DNA of 64,000 bases from Nitrospinales bacterium. GTDB taxonomy: Bacteria; Nitrospinota; Nitrospinia; Nitrospinales; VA-1. The notes under the pieces are model-generated. The model searched no databases, was not told where the DNA came from, and saw only the letters and a list, made by a program, of their open reading frames with translations. This document shows positions 31,801-41,441 of the stretch, one piece after another. The stretch covers positions 2,176,001 through 2,240,000 of the forward strand of contig OZ253496.1 in assembly GCA_965262115.1 (NCBI GenBank). Reading direction: 5' to 3'. The position numbers were made by a program, and so were the translations under genes. Numbering within the stretch: the stretch's first letter is position 1; every line of letters starts with the position of its first letter.

Positions 31801-32443
31801 TGATGGAACTCTCGGCGAAATTTTCATCGACATGCATAAAGAAGGCGCCGCCTACCGCAGTTTGATGAACTGCTTTGCCATCGCGATTTCGCTGGGACTG
31901 CAACACGGTGTTCCGCTGGAAGAATTTACCGATGCGTTTGTGTTCACCCGGTTTGAACCGAACGGGATTGTTACCGGCAACCAGGCAATCACCATGTCCA
32001 CCTCAACCATCGACTATATTTTCCGGGAACTGGCGATTACTTATCTGGGCAGGACCGATCTGGCTCAGGTGACTCCGGATGATTTGCGGGCCGACTCCAT
32101 CGGCAAAAAGAATCAGCAATCCAGTGACGATGATGCCGGGTTCGGCTCCAATGGGTCGTCGTCGGGTTCGTTATCACCGGAGACTTCCACGAGCACCGAA
32201 ACGGCACCAAAGATGTCCCATGCAATCGCAAAGGCTCCGTCCAATGGAAATGGCAATGGTGCCTCGGCGGCGGATGCTCTTAAAAATTCTCCGTCTGCGG
32301 GAGTTGCGTCCGCGACGGCCGTGATTGCCAAACTAAAAGGCTATGAAGGCGATGCCTGTCAGGAATGCGGAAGCTTGACATTGGTTCGAAACGGAACCTG
32401 TTTGAAGTGCATGACTTGTGGAGCGACATCAGGTTGCTCCTGA
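28841..32443 (+). CDS. nrdJ: Class II (adenosylcobalamin-dependent) ribonucleotide reductase
   Basis: [46 protein letters not shown]-terminal TSCPD-like domain, S/A-rich linker, Cys4 ribbon. Confidence 0.96.
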   Translation: MRIDRVFTKDHQDPYEGIGFIERVSKIINADGSLVSEIKNVLVPDTWSQVAVDIMAQKYFRKAGVPARLKKKFEPGLPEWLCPSVPDEEALNQLPQSAQFTHETTSQEVFHRLAGCWTYWGWKNNCFSSEKDARNYYDEMRYMLARQLAAPNSPQWFNTGMNWAYGLEGPAQGHYYFDEEAGGLQKSKNAYERPQPHACFILSVSDDLVGDGGIMDLWRQEARLFKFGSGTGSNFSNLRGDGESLSGGGKSSGLMSFLKIGDRAAGAIKSGGTTRRAAKMVTLDMDHPDIEEFVEWKVREERKVAALAAGSKMTRRCLKEIIRACWSKDEGEETRFDVQKNKALKKAVRNGLDCFIPENYIYRVIQLARQGVKDIEFEEYDTNWTSEGYLTVSGQNSNNSVRLTNEFLRAVECDGDWNLIRRTDAGIARILPAKDLWEKINYSAWSSADPGLQFHTTINEWHTCPEDGPIRASNPCSEYMFLDDTACNLASINLMRFYDEEKGVFAIENYRHACRMWTLTLEISVMMAQFPNQAIAKKSFEFRTMGLGYANFGAMLMVMGIPYDSESGRAIAGAISAMTTGASYAMSAEMAGELGPFVGFEKNRDAMLRVLKNHQRAAHNAEVREYEGLTAYPQGIQAEHCPTYLLDAAQKEWADALDLGGKNGFRNAQTTCIAPTGTTGLLMDCDTTGIEPDYALIKYKKLAGGGYFKIINQSVPGALRRLGYNPDEIKDIVEYCVGSGSLETAPYINRNSLRKKGFTDGVLDNVQLELPKAFDISFAFNKFVLGESFCKEVLKLTDEQLDSITLNLLEHLGFTDEEIQSANDSICGRMTVEDAPHLKERHYSVFDCANQCGKYGKRFIRPEAHIRIMAAAQPFLSGAISKTINMPNDATIVDVERAHMLSWKLMLKGTAIYRDGSKLSQPLNSVATDSFNQLKMEEAAPAMQAAKQIIEVVREHRRKVLPHRRKGYTQKASIGGHKVYLRTGEYDDGTLGEIFIDMHKEGAAYRSLMNCFAIAISLGLQHGVPLEEFTDAFVFTRFEPNGIVTGNQAITMSTSTIDYIFRELAITYLGRTDLAQVTPDDLRADSIGKKNQQSSDDDAGFGSNGSSSGSLSPETSTSTETAPKMSHAIAKAPSNGNGNGASAADALKNSPSAGVASATAVIAKLKGYEGDACQECGSLTLVRNGTCLKCMTCGATSGCS

Positions 32444-32481
32444 TTCACCCTCCCACCTGAATAGAATGTTTGCAGGGGTTC

Positions 32482-32516
32482 AGCCAGCGAGTTCTTCGCT
32501 GGCTTCTCTTGTTTTT
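32482..32516 (+). terminator. Intrinsic terminator after nrdJ
   Basis: AGCCAGCGA-gttct-TCGCTGGCT followed by a T-rich tract. Confidence 0.7.
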
Positions 32517-32526
32517 CATCCCGGTT

Positions 32527-33408
32527 TTATCTTTTTTGCACCAGAGATTTTGCGCAACGAAACCCAAATGTTGGGTTATTCATTTTAAGATCGACGTGGT
32601 TGCGAAATGAAATGCGCGCCTGTCTTTTATCGCTGGTCCATCCCCCGCCTTTGACAATGCTGGTTCCAGGCTGGGGCCGTTCAGATTTTTTATCGTCCAC
32701 CCATTCCCAGACGTTCCCGGTCATATCCATCACACCGCTGGCACTGGCGCCAGATAGAAAAGAGCCTACCGGTGCGGCAAACAGGTGCCCGTCTTTTTCC
32801 CCCAGTAAATTGGAGCGTTCAGGAAGAAACATCTCTCCCCAGGGATAAGTGAAGTTACTGACACCCCGAGCGGCGGCTTCCCATTCTTCTTCCCGCGGCA
32901 GGCGTTTGCCTGCCCACCGGCAATACTGACTCGCTTGAATCCAGTTGATGCCCATGGCCGGGCAGTTCGGGCAGTCTTTTCCACCCACGAAGGGTTTTTC
33001 GTCATAGGCAGATTGGTATTTGCGAAATTGAGTGACGGTGATTTCTGTCCGGTCGATGTAAAATGCCGTCAGATTTGTGAATGGCGATTGGTTTTCACTC
33101 AGCGTTCCACGGCTAGACAGTTCCTTCTTACCGACACGGTATTTGCCCACATTGATGAGGATCATCAAAGCCTGGTCTTTTTCGCTCAAGAGAGTCGGGA
33201 GTAAAGAAGTTTGCATTGAACCGCGTACAATGGGATCTGACGGCTTGAGGGTAGGCCTCGGTTTGGCGGATTTTGATGGACGGTTTTGTTTTTGTGCTGA
33301 TTGTTCTGTCGGGTGAGCTTTTCGGTAGCGTTTTCGGTGCTTTTTGCTGGCAGGGGCGCAGGCGCTGACCCAGGCGAACAGGAGGATGAAAAGTATTAAT
33401 GGCCTCAA
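32527..33408 (-). CDS. FGE-sulfatase domain lipoprotein
   Basis: VSAC lipobox, basic linker, RLPREEEWEAAARG, GNVWEW, GFRCA. Confidence 0.85.
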   Translation of the reverse strand: MRPLILFILLFAWVSACAPASKKHRKRYRKAHPTEQSAQKQNRPSKSAKPRPTLKPSDPIVRGSMQTSLLPTLLSEKDQALMILINVGKYRVGKKELSSRGTLSENQSPFTNLTAFYIDRTEITVTQFRKYQSAYDEKPFVGGKDCPNCPAMGINWIQASQYCRWAGKRLPREEEWEAAARGVSNFTYPWGEMFLPERSNLLGEKDGHLFAAPVGSFLSGASASGVMDMTGNVWEWVDDKKSERPQPGTSIVKGGGWTSDKRQARISFRNHVDLKMNNPTFGFRCAKSLVQKR

Positions 33409-33821
33409 GGCTTCTCCTTGTTCATGATGGAATCCATTTTTCCCTTGAGTCGGCGGTATTTCCCATAGCTTTTTTCGGCATCCTCTTTTTTGCCCATCAG
33501 TTCATAGGTGTAGCCCAGGCTGTACCAGGCATTGTAGTGGGTGGGGTCGATCTGGATGGCTGACTTGAAAGCCTTCTCTGCGTCTTCATATTTTTTTTCA
33601 AGATTATAGATTCCTCCCAACCCATAATGCCCGTCAATATTTTTAGGGTCTTTTTCTACGGCCTTTAAGAAAGATTCCCCTGCGCTGTCATATCGCCCCT
33701 GCTTGGAATACTCAATGCCTTCCTGGACATATTGGGCACTCGTCTTTTCCCCGCATTGGGTTAAAATGAGTCCGGTGAGGACAATGGCAAAACATTTCAG
33801 TAGTGGTTTGAGATGGATCAT
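33405..33821 (-). CDS. TPR lipoprotein
   Basis: LTQC lipobox-like signal; three TPR-like repeats. Confidence 0.8.
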   Translation of the reverse strand: MIHLKPLLKCFAIVLTGLILTQCGEKTSAQYVQEGIEYSKQGRYDSAGESFLKAVEKDPKNIDGHYGLGGIYNLEKKYEDAEKAFKSAIQIDPTHYNAWYSLGYTYELMGKKEDAEKSYGKYRRLKGKMDSIMNKEKP

Positions 33822-33979
33822 GGCAGGGACCGGATTGAAAAGAAGTAGAGAAAATAAAAAACGAACTCAATGAACAGCTCCGCCGCAAGCGGACGAGGTA
33901 TCCTATTATAAGCACTATTTAAAAAAAACACGGCAAGCTACGGGCAATAAAACCCACTTGTGGGTTCAATATAACACCA

Positions 33980-35116
33980 ATGCTTCTTCCCTCTTATAGA
34001 AAAAAATTCATGTCTTTTATTAATCTTGTAATAGGGATCTTTAAGCTCTGGCGATTCATGGATGCCCGGCAAAAACAATTCCAGAAGAGGAGAGGCGTTT
34101 CTCCCGAGGAGAGCAAGTCCTTGGAACTTGTGCTGGAAACCTGTTCTGCTTGTCGCAAGGGAAATTTTTCATGTCAGGAAGAGATTTTACCGGACACTCT
34201 GCATCTGGTTTCCCGCCTTGCAGCTATTTATCATCCCGATGAGAAAAAGCCATTGGAAAAAGCCCGCATTGGAAATGTGCTCGCTGCCTTTCTGGAAATG
34301 AATCGTCGAATTTTGGATATGCTGGAGCTCCCCGGTCTGGAAAGACTGACTCAGTTTCGTCTCCGTGAGGTGGTTCCCGGTTTTGCTGCTAATAAAAATA
34401 ATGCGGACCCGTCATGGGTTCCGGCCTTCTTCCGGCTCCGGGTGATGCGAGCGCTTCAGGTTCAATGGCTCCTGTCAGCGGGTGAAGCTGCAATAAAAGT
34501 CTATGGCGAACACCGGGCCGACGAAATCCCCGAGCCCGAAATCCTGCTCAATGAAATGGATCAATTGCAGGAAGAAACGGAACGGTCTTTGCCGGATGAG
34601 GTTCGTGATATCGTCGAGGCATCGAGAAAAAATATTTTGTTTTCGGTGAAACCGCTACCGTGGGCTGAAGTGAAATTGCTTTTTATTTCTCTGGCCAAAA
34701 ACATTGCCAAAGCCTGGCACCCTGAATCCTCAGCGCCGTTATATGAAGCGCGGGTTTATGATTTGCTGAACACTCTTGCGGATTATCTGGAATGGGTCGG
34801 CAATTTAAGCCAGAAACCGGTGCTGAACAAAATGCTTGGGTTGCGGATATCCCATTTAACCGGGGCCAGGGAGGTGGCGGTCCCTTTTGCCAATAGCAAA
34901 CTCTTTGATTGGGTGCAGAAATATCAGGTTGGGCGGACGGCGAAATGGTCGAGAACCATTTTTAAAACTTTGCAGAAGAAACAACCGGCAATCCTGTTTC
35001 GCGATGTGGCGATAGGGGTTGTCAAGGAAGGCGGCAAACGATGGTTGATCCTTTACCTGCACGATAAAATCGCCGGTGAGACAAACAAACTGTACAAGGC
35101 CACCCCGTTTGCATGA
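33980..35116 (+). CDS. Hypothetical protein
   Basis: 378-aa ORF with no recognised motif; start uncertain. Confidence 0.65.
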   Translation: MLLPSYRKKFMSFINLVIGIFKLWRFMDARQKQFQKRRGVSPEESKSLELVLETCSACRKGNFSCQEEILPDTLHLVSRLAAIYHPDEKKPLEKARIGNVLAAFLEMNRRILDMLELPGLERLTQFRLREVVPGFAANKNNADPSWVPAFFRLRVMRALQVQWLLSAGEAAIKVYGEHRADEIPEPEILLNEMDQLQEETERSLPDEVRDIVEASRKNILFSVKPLPWAEVKLLFISLAKNIAKAWHPESSAPLYEARVYDLLNTLADYLEWVGNLSQKPVLNKMLGLRISHLTGAREVAVPFANSKLFDWVQKYQVGRTAKWSRTIFKTLQKKQPAILFRDVAIGVVKEGGKRWLILYLHDKIAGETNKLYKATPFA

Positions 35117-35177
35117 CCCTGAGTCTTCAAAGCATTATCATAAACATTTGAAACTTGAGAATGGCTCTTTTAACAAG

Positions 35178-35467
35178 GAGACCTTTGCATAACCCCGGAT
35201 TACCCCTTCTACCCGTTCCGGGCATGAATTTAGCGTAGGGGATATCACAGGCTCACGAAGGTTAGGGAAATACCCGTGCCGGGCATGAAGACTAATGTTG
35301 GGGATATTAAAAATATCACGTCTTCGTCGCCTTCGGCTCCTCAAGGATGACAAACCGGTGTTTCTTGTCATTCTGAACGCAGTGAAGACGTGATGTTTCA
35401 CCTAAGCTCTCGTGCCCCGAAAGGGTAATCTCGCTTTTCTGTTTTTTTCGACTTACGCAAAGGTCTC
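35178..35467. mobile_element. MITE, 290 bp, 15-bp TIR, 9-bp target-site duplication
   Basis: GAGACCTTTGCATAA ... TTACGCAAAGGTCTC (1 mismatch) flanked by TTTAACAAG at 35169-35177 and 35468-35476. Confidence 0.88.
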
Positions 35468-35609
35468 TTTAACAAGTGGAACAATGGCCAAGGTTTGTGC
35501 AAATTGAAAAAAAGCGTTCAGTCATCCATTTGGCTTGCCAGTATCTGGGGCCGGTGATAGTCTTTTCTTTAATCAAGTGAGATCATTTGTTCCCATAAAA
35601 GGGTCCAAG

Positions 35610-37130
35610 ATGCCTTTTCTTTCTACAACCCTCCGGTTTTATTTAATTGCCAGCCTTATGTGCCTGTCGCTGGTTTCCTCCTCTTCCGGCGTCGAATCCA
35701 GCAAGGTAGAAAAAATGATCGAAGAATCCGAGTCCCAAACGGGGACGGAGTTGTTGGTGGAAAATAGAGGAAAAGCTCTCTATTACAAGTTCTGCATTCC
35801 TTGCCATGGAGCGAAAGGCAACGGAAAGGGCAAGGCCTCTTATTATTTATTCCCCAAACCCAGAAACTTAAACCTGGGAATTTTCAAATTCCATTCCACC
35901 AGAACCAATACCCTCCCGCTCAACGAAGACCTTTATAAAACTATTCAAAACGTAATTCCCGGGACTGCTATGCCACCCTGGATCGATGTTTTAAGTGAGG
36001 AGGAAATTCATCTCCTGGCAGAATTCATTAAAACCTTTTCCAGACGCTTCAGCATGGAGCTGCCTGACTACGAAATTCCCGTCAGTCTGGAACCTCCCTT
36101 TGACAAGTTATCCATAGCCAACGGAAGGATCATATATAAGCAACTAAGGTGTGGCCGATGCCATGGGAACGAGGGCGATAGCGAGGATCGGCTTTCAGGT
36201 TCTATTCAAGAGTTCGGTGGCAACCTGTCTTTCGTTTACGACCTGCGTCGGCCCGACCAATACAAGGCTGGGGCGGCAGGACCCGATATCTACCTAACCC
36301 TTATTACCGGATTGGACGGTTCCCCGATGAATGCTTATGAATACATGAGTGATAGGGAGCTATGGGACCTGGTTCATTATTTACAATCTCTTTTTGTCAT
36401 ACAAAATTCCAAACCCGCACTTACCGACCGGAAAATTTATTCACAAACCATTGAGGAGAAGATCGACCTAAAACCCGATAGCTCAATCTGGAACGGCGTT
36501 GTTTCTTTTGAGATCAGCCTGACCCCGGTGAGAGCCCGTAAAAATCCAATCACCCGGTTGACCGTTCAATCCGTTCACAATGATAAAGAAATTGCCTTTC
36601 GTCTGGAATGGGAGGATCCCATACCCAATGGTGCCATTAACGGCACCTATTTGGACCAGAGCGCGGTTCAGTTTGCCCTCAATCAGGACAATATTTCAGA
36701 CGGTCCTTTTTTTGGAATGGGGGAGAGAAACAAACCCGTCAATATCTGGCATTGGAGAGCGGACGTGCGGCAGAAGATTTATAATGGTGACAATCTCAAA
36801 CCAAACCGGTCTCATTCCATTTTGCAGCCGCAAAGCGGATTACTGCTGAATCCATTCATGGAGTCCTCCGTCGAAGAAATAAACTCCGAGGGATTTGGAA
36901 CACTTAGCCTTCAACCCGTGGAAGATCAGCAGTTAAAAGGTATGGGCCAATGGAAAAATGGCCGCTGGAGTGTGGTGTTCTCACGCGACATAAAAACCCC
37001 GAGCCGATGGGACATTAAGTTTTCAAGTGAAAAACCGGTTTTGCTGGCCTTTGCTCTTTGGGATGGTGACAACAAAGATAAAAACGCCAACAAAATGGTT
37101 AGTTTCTGGAATATATTGACCTTAAAATAA
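35610..37130 (+). CDS. Diheme c-type cytochrome with C-terminal EB_dh/DOMON-like heme-b domain
   Basis: CIPCH and CGRCH, PGTAMP, GSPM; C-terminal FRLEWED, D..AVQF, MG, VNIWHWRA, W.VVFSR, AFALWDG. Confidence 0.85.
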   Translation: MPFLSTTLRFYLIASLMCLSLVSSSSGVESSKVEKMIEESESQTGTELLVENRGKALYYKFCIPCHGAKGNGKGKASYYLFPKPRNLNLGIFKFHSTRTNTLPLNEDLYKTIQNVIPGTAMPPWIDVLSEEEIHLLAEFIKTFSRRFSMELPDYEIPVSLEPPFDKLSIANGRIIYKQLRCGRCHGNEGDSEDRLSGSIQEFGGNLSFVYDLRRPDQYKAGAAGPDIYLTLITGLDGSPMNAYEYMSDRELWDLVHYLQSLFVIQNSKPALTDRKIYSQTIEEKIDLKPDSSIWNGVVSFEISLTPVRARKNPITRLTVQSVHNDKEIAFRLEWEDPIPNGAINGTYLDQSAVQFALNQDNISDGPFFGMGERNKPVNIWHWRADVRQKIYNGDNLKPNRSHSILQPQSGLLLNPFMESSVEEINSEGFGTLSLQPVEDQQLKGMGQWKNGRWSVVFSRDIKTPSRWDIKFSSEKPVLLAFALWDGDNKDKNANKMVSFWNILTLK

Positions 37131-37136
37131 AGACTT

Positions 37137-37880
37137 ATGAAACACCGCTTATCGGAGGCAGAAAAACTTCATTTATTTTTTTTAATCGCGGGGATCAGCT
37201 TCCTAATCTTTTTTCCATTTTCAAAAGGCCAGGCCGCGGAAAAGGGAAACCTGGAGCTGATTCCTTCAGGTGAATTTTTCATGGGAACGGAGGATGGAAC
37301 GGAATCCGAACGGCCCATTCACAAAGTGAACTTGGAGGCATTCAAAATAGGCCGTTACGAAGTGACCAATTTGCAATTTGAAACCTTTGATCCTGACCAC
37401 ACCCGTAGCGTTGCTTCCGCTTGCGACCAATGCCCCGTTACGCTGGTTACATGGATGGAGGCCAATGATTATTGCAAACATCAAGGGGATCGTCTTCCCA
37501 CAGAAGCGGAGTGGGAGCGAGCCGCCAGAGGGCCCGAAGAGTTTTCCTATTCCTTCGGATCGAAGGCGGATACTTCCAAAGCCAATTATGGGAACGAATT
37601 TAAAGCGGGTGCCAAACCCGTCCACTCCTTTCAACCTAATGGTTTTGGCTTATACAATATGAGCGGAAATGTCTGGGAGTGGGTGCACAATTGGTTTTCA
37701 TTCTACCCTCAACCATCGGGTTCTACCGTTAGAGAAAACAAAAAGTCAGGAGAAAAACTTCTCCGCGGGGGAAGCTGGTACAATAAGGCTTATTACGTTC
37801 ATGCTGGAATGCGCTTCACATTGAAACCAGGAACGATGTTGAACTCAGTCGGTTTTCGTTGCGCCCGTGAGGCCGGATGA
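37137..37880 (+). CDS. FGE-sulfatase domain protein
   Basis: F.MG, YEVTN, RLPTEAEWERAARG, NMSGNVWEW, RGGSW, GFRCA. Confidence 0.88.
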   Translation: MKHRLSEAEKLHLFFLIAGISFLIFFPFSKGQAAEKGNLELIPSGEFFMGTEDGTESERPIHKVNLEAFKIGRYEVTNLQFETFDPDHTRSVASACDQCPVTLVTWMEANDYCKHQGDRLPTEAEWERAARGPEEFSYSFGSKADTSKANYGNEFKAGAKPVHSFQPNGFGLYNMSGNVWEWVHNWFSFYPQPSGSTVRENKKSGEKLLRGGSWYNKAYYVHAGMRFTLKPGTMLNSVGFRCAREAG

Positions 37881-37933
37881 ATCCTTTTACTCATCGTCCA
37901 CATTAAATTAATTTTTAAAACAAGTGCGAGGCA

Positions 37934-38842
37934 GTGTCCAATATAAAAATTCCTTCTTCATGGCACCTCCCAGAAAACCAGATTACTCTGGAAGAGGTGT
38001 ACCTGAACCGAAGAAGCTTTCTAGAGCAAATAGGAAAGGCGACGGCTGGCGCCTTGGCGCTTTCCGTGCTTCCCAGTTTTTTGTCGCCGACACAGGCTTC
38101 CGAGAATCCTCAAGATCGCATAACGCCGGAAAACCTGGTCACCCGTTACAATAATTTTTATGAATTCGGCACCAACAAGGAAAGCATACAGTATCTAGCC
38201 AAAAAACTGCCTCAGGAAAACTGGACTCTGAAAATCGCTGGGCAAGTCGCAAAACCACGAATGCTTGACTTGGAAAAATTTTTGCGGGGGATGTCGTTGG
38301 AACAACGTGTCTACAGATTACGATGCGTTGAAACCTGGTCGGCAATTATCCCGTGGACTGGTTTTCCCCTTCGCGATCTGATCAAGGCATTGGATCCGCT
38401 TTCCACCGCACGCTTTATCAAGTTCCAGACGTTTCTCAATCCCAATGTGGCGGCAGGTCAAAAAGAGCGGTTTTGGGAGCCCTGGCCCTATACCGATGGA
38501 TTGAGCATGACCGAAGCGATGCACCCTTTGGCATTTCTGGCCGTAGGCATCTATGGCCATCCCCTACCTCCCCAAAATGGAGCTCCCATTCGTCTGGTGG
38601 TTCCCTGGAAGTATGGATTCAAGAGCATCAAATCCATCGCTTCCATGGAGTTTGTCCGCGAGGCTCCCACTACATTCTGGCAGACAACTGCTCCATTGGA
38701 TTATGATTTCTGGTCCAATGTTAATCCCAACGTTCCCTATGCCCGCTGGGACCAACATTATGAAACCCTGCTCGGCAAAAACCAAAAAGTAAAAACTCTC
38801 CTTTACAATGGTTATGCCCACGAAGTTAGCGGCTTGTATTAA
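37934..38842 (+). CDS. msrP: Protein-methionine-sulfoxide reductase catalytic subunit
   Basis: ITLEEVYLNRRSFL Tat signal, YNNFYEFG, RLRCVETWS, PQNGAPIRLVVPWKYGFKSIKSI, NVNP, TLLYNGY. Confidence 0.92.
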   Translation: MSNIKIPSSWHLPENQITLEEVYLNRRSFLEQIGKATAGALALSVLPSFLSPTQASENPQDRITPENLVTRYNNFYEFGTNKESIQYLAKKLPQENWTLKIAGQVAKPRMLDLEKFLRGMSLEQRVYRLRCVETWSAIIPWTGFPLRDLIKALDPLSTARFIKFQTFLNPNVAAGQKERFWEPWPYTDGLSMTEAMHPLAFLAVGIYGHPLPPQNGAPIRLVVPWKYGFKSIKSIASMEFVREAPTTFWQTTAPLDYDFWSNVNPNVPYARWDQHYETLLGKNQKVKTLLYNGYAHEVSGLY

Positions 38843-38855
38843 AGGGATCCAAAAA

Positions 38856-39503
38856 TCAATCTGGCTTGCGCTTGGTGACCGGCGGCTTGCAGAACTTTTC
38901 TATATCTTCCGGCCGGGCCCGAACAGCCTTCACCCGCCACTCATTTGTGGAAATGGAAATACGTGCCCAGAAGTCTCCTAATCGTCCCATATCCCAGTTT
39001 GAAATTCGCAGCGGCCCCCAATATTTTTGCAATCGCTCAAAAATAAGGTTGTTATGAAAGCTGATCATTTGCTGACTTTTCACTACCCGTTCGAGCAGTG
39101 GAAAAAAATCCCGCCCATGAATAGCGACACCCTTCAATTCCAGACCGCGCAACATTTCGAGTCCGGAACCTGAAATCATTTTCAGGCGTAATGCGCCACC
39201 ATTCCGGAAAGAACGGACGGGCCATTGCTCTTCCGCCAAAGGGGCGGCGACCTGATAATCTCCCTCCGGCACACCCTCCTTCTCAATCGAGCTTAGGAAC
39301 TTTGCATCCAATTTTCCCTTCGCTCCCACACCCAAAAAGCAAACTCTCTCGAGTTGAATGCTCTTGGTCTTCAATGACAAATCGCCTGGAAAATCGGTTT
39401 TCCCTGTTAGCCTGACAACAATTTCCGCTCCCATGCAGGCAACCGGGTTTAAACCAGTCATAGATAAAACCGTCAAACCAATCACAATCGACTTGAATTG
39501 CAT
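38856..39503 (-). CDS. Hypothetical exported protein
   Basis: ORF with a signal-like N-terminus; no confident family. Confidence 0.6.
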   Translation of the reverse strand: MQFKSIVIGLTVLSMTGLNPVACMGAEIVVRLTGKTDFPGDLSLKTKSIQLERVCFLGVGAKGKLDAKFLSSIEKEGVPEGDYQVAAPLAEEQWPVRSFRNGGALRLKMISGSGLEMLRGLELKGVAIHGRDFFPLLERVVKSQQMISFHNNLIFERLQKYWGPLRISNWDMGRLGDFWARISISTNEWRVKAVRARPEDIEKFCKPPVTKRKPD

Positions 39504-39567
39504 TGTCAAGTCATCCTCCGTAGATTCATTTCCGCAACATTGAGAAACTTCCTGTTGTCATCCATGC

Positions 39568-40700
39568 TCACATTTTTTTTTCAATGAAAATAAAATTTTT
39601 CTTAAAGGCATTCGATGAAATTTTCAATTCCATCGAATCATCCTCAACAGTTTTTTCAGGGAGACGGCCAGGTTTTGCAGGCCCGGGCAAACCAGATAAA
39701 ATTTGGAGCAGATAGGACGATTTAACGGCAAAACTGGCTCTTTTTGGAGCTTCCTCCATATATGTGAAAGTCTTTTTTGCGAAGTGATGGGTGAGCACCA
39801 TTCCTATTACCTGGCCCTTTTCGTTTAAAAGCGGTCCACCGCTATGATCCTCTTTGACCTGTAAATCCAGCTGAAATACTTTCGTACTCTTCTCTACCGC
39901 ATTTTTTTAAGAATGGTTCCCTGGAATAGGGGTGTGTCGGGATGGGGCAATTTGGAAAAATCGACAGCGTATACCGGATCTCCGACTTCAAGGTGAGAAT
40001 CATCTCCAAAAAATAAAATCCTCGAGGACCTGCTTTCAGGGTGGGTCAATTTTAATACGGCAATATTATAAATTACAAATTCCTTGACCAACTCCAGCGG
40101 TGCCGTAGTGCCATCCATGAACCTGGCGCGAAATTTCTTTGCATCCCCCAATACATGATAAGGGGTAATGACCTGTCCAATATTTCCGATCTGAAAACCA
40201 ACGCCGGTAGTTTGCCATCCGGGATCCGCATGGAGTTGAATACCAATTCCGAAATCTTCAGGGGTTAACCCCAGTTCTTTATAGGCCTTCTCCAGATTTC
40301 TTCGCACGATGGTTAGATTTTTCTTAGCCTTCTCATCCTTGCGATTCTGGTAATGTTTTTCCGCTTTTCTGAAATGATCAATGGCTTCCACGCCTTGTCC
40401 CTTGGAAAAATAGAGAACGCCCAAGGCATGGTGAGCCTCCGCAAAATCCGGTTTGATCTCCAAGGCTTGAAGATAGGCCTGTTGAGAAGCTTCTGACTTT
40501 CCGTCAACAGAAAGATCAAATCCTTTCCGATACAAATCTGCGGCAGTATTGGCCTCACCGATCCCTACAGAAAATATCAAACCAGACAGCAAAACAAACA
40601 TTAGTAGAATTCTTTGTCTGATTGTAACCATGAGGGCATCAAACTCCCAGAGAGAGTGAGAATACAATGAAATCATCTTAATGAAATGTGGCCCGGTCAT
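39568..40700 (-). pseudogene. TPR + trypsin-like peptidase domain protein, frameshifted
   Basis: TPRs, then TGVGF..ITPYHV; frame changes in the A7 run (39902-39908) into NAVEKSTKVFQLD...HSGGPLLNEKGQVIGM, continuous with ORF 39568-39801. Confidence 0.75.
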
Positions 40701-40981
40701 TTATATTTTTCTGCGCAGGAGCTGCCGGGGGTTTTGAGGCAGCAATAGTAATCGTACTGGATATAATTTTGATACAGAGCCAGGTTTTCTGCCTTCATCC
40801 GGCATTGTGAGATGCCGGTCACGGTGTCGACTTTTTTCTCATGGCCTTCTTTATCGATGAGATAGACATCGAAGATTTCTTTTTCCAGGTCTTTCCCGCA
40901 AGCCGAAAACAAAAATAGACACAGCATCACTGTGGCATAAGTCTTGATCTTTGAGGTTTTACATAGACTGAAGTTTCGCAT
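40697..40981 (-). CDS. Small Cys-rich lipoprotein
   Basis: LFSAC lipobox; GAGG RBS; stop overlaps the next start. Confidence 0.65.
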   Translation of the reverse strand: MRNFSLCKTSKIKTYATVMLCLFLFSACGKDLEKEIFDVYLIDKEGHEKKVDTVTGISQCRMKAENLALYQNYIQYDYYCCLKTPGSSCAEKYK

Positions 40982-41160
40982 AGCTCACCCTCAGTTATTT
41001 TAACCGATATTCCGGGCTAGGGTTCTTCAATAATATTGGGGCGATCCGGGTCTATTTTTTTAAGGTCAGGAAACTCTCATGCTTTGCTGCCACACAGGGA
41101 ACTCCGATTTGCGTGACCCCGAGTTTTTAAATCACTTTATAGATACCCGAAATTTGAGAG

Positions 41161-41248
41161 TTGGTTCCTTTTTTTACACGACAAAATCGCCGAGGAAACG
41201 AACAAACTGTACAAAGCCCTGCCCGATGCAAATGAGAACCGCCCATAA
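41161..41248 (+). pseudogene. Diverged 3'-end fragment of the 33980-35116 gene
   Basis: Encodes FLHDKIAEETNKLYKALP versus YLHDKIAGETNKLYKATP at ~35054-35107. Confidence 0.75.
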
Positions 41249-41441
41249 ACAGAGACGGGTAATATGGATTGCCCTTTCCCTCCAGAAAATAAGAGGTTAA
41301 CCTTCAAATTGAGGCAAAGCTACAGGCGGGAGGCTTTCCTTAATGGTGGGAGAGGAAAAGAGGGTCGAAATAAACACTCCAAAATATTTTTATTTTGGTT
41401 AGAATGAGGTTGCTTGGAAAATTTTTAAAGGATTCGCACAA

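Noticed and set aside
28841..32443. Intein or intron in the long NrdJ
   Set aside because: No C/S...HN-C splice motifs or LAGLIDADG blocks; extra length fits insertions, the C-terminal domain and a low-complexity linker
33873..33967. CCGCAAGCGG / AACCCACTTGTGGGTT palindromes as an ncRNA
   Set aside because: Short hairpins present once in the window; may be a repeat remnant but cannot be supported further
35138..35401. 87-aa Arg-rich ORF
   Set aside because: Lies across the MITE and its palindromes; a by-product of repeat sequence
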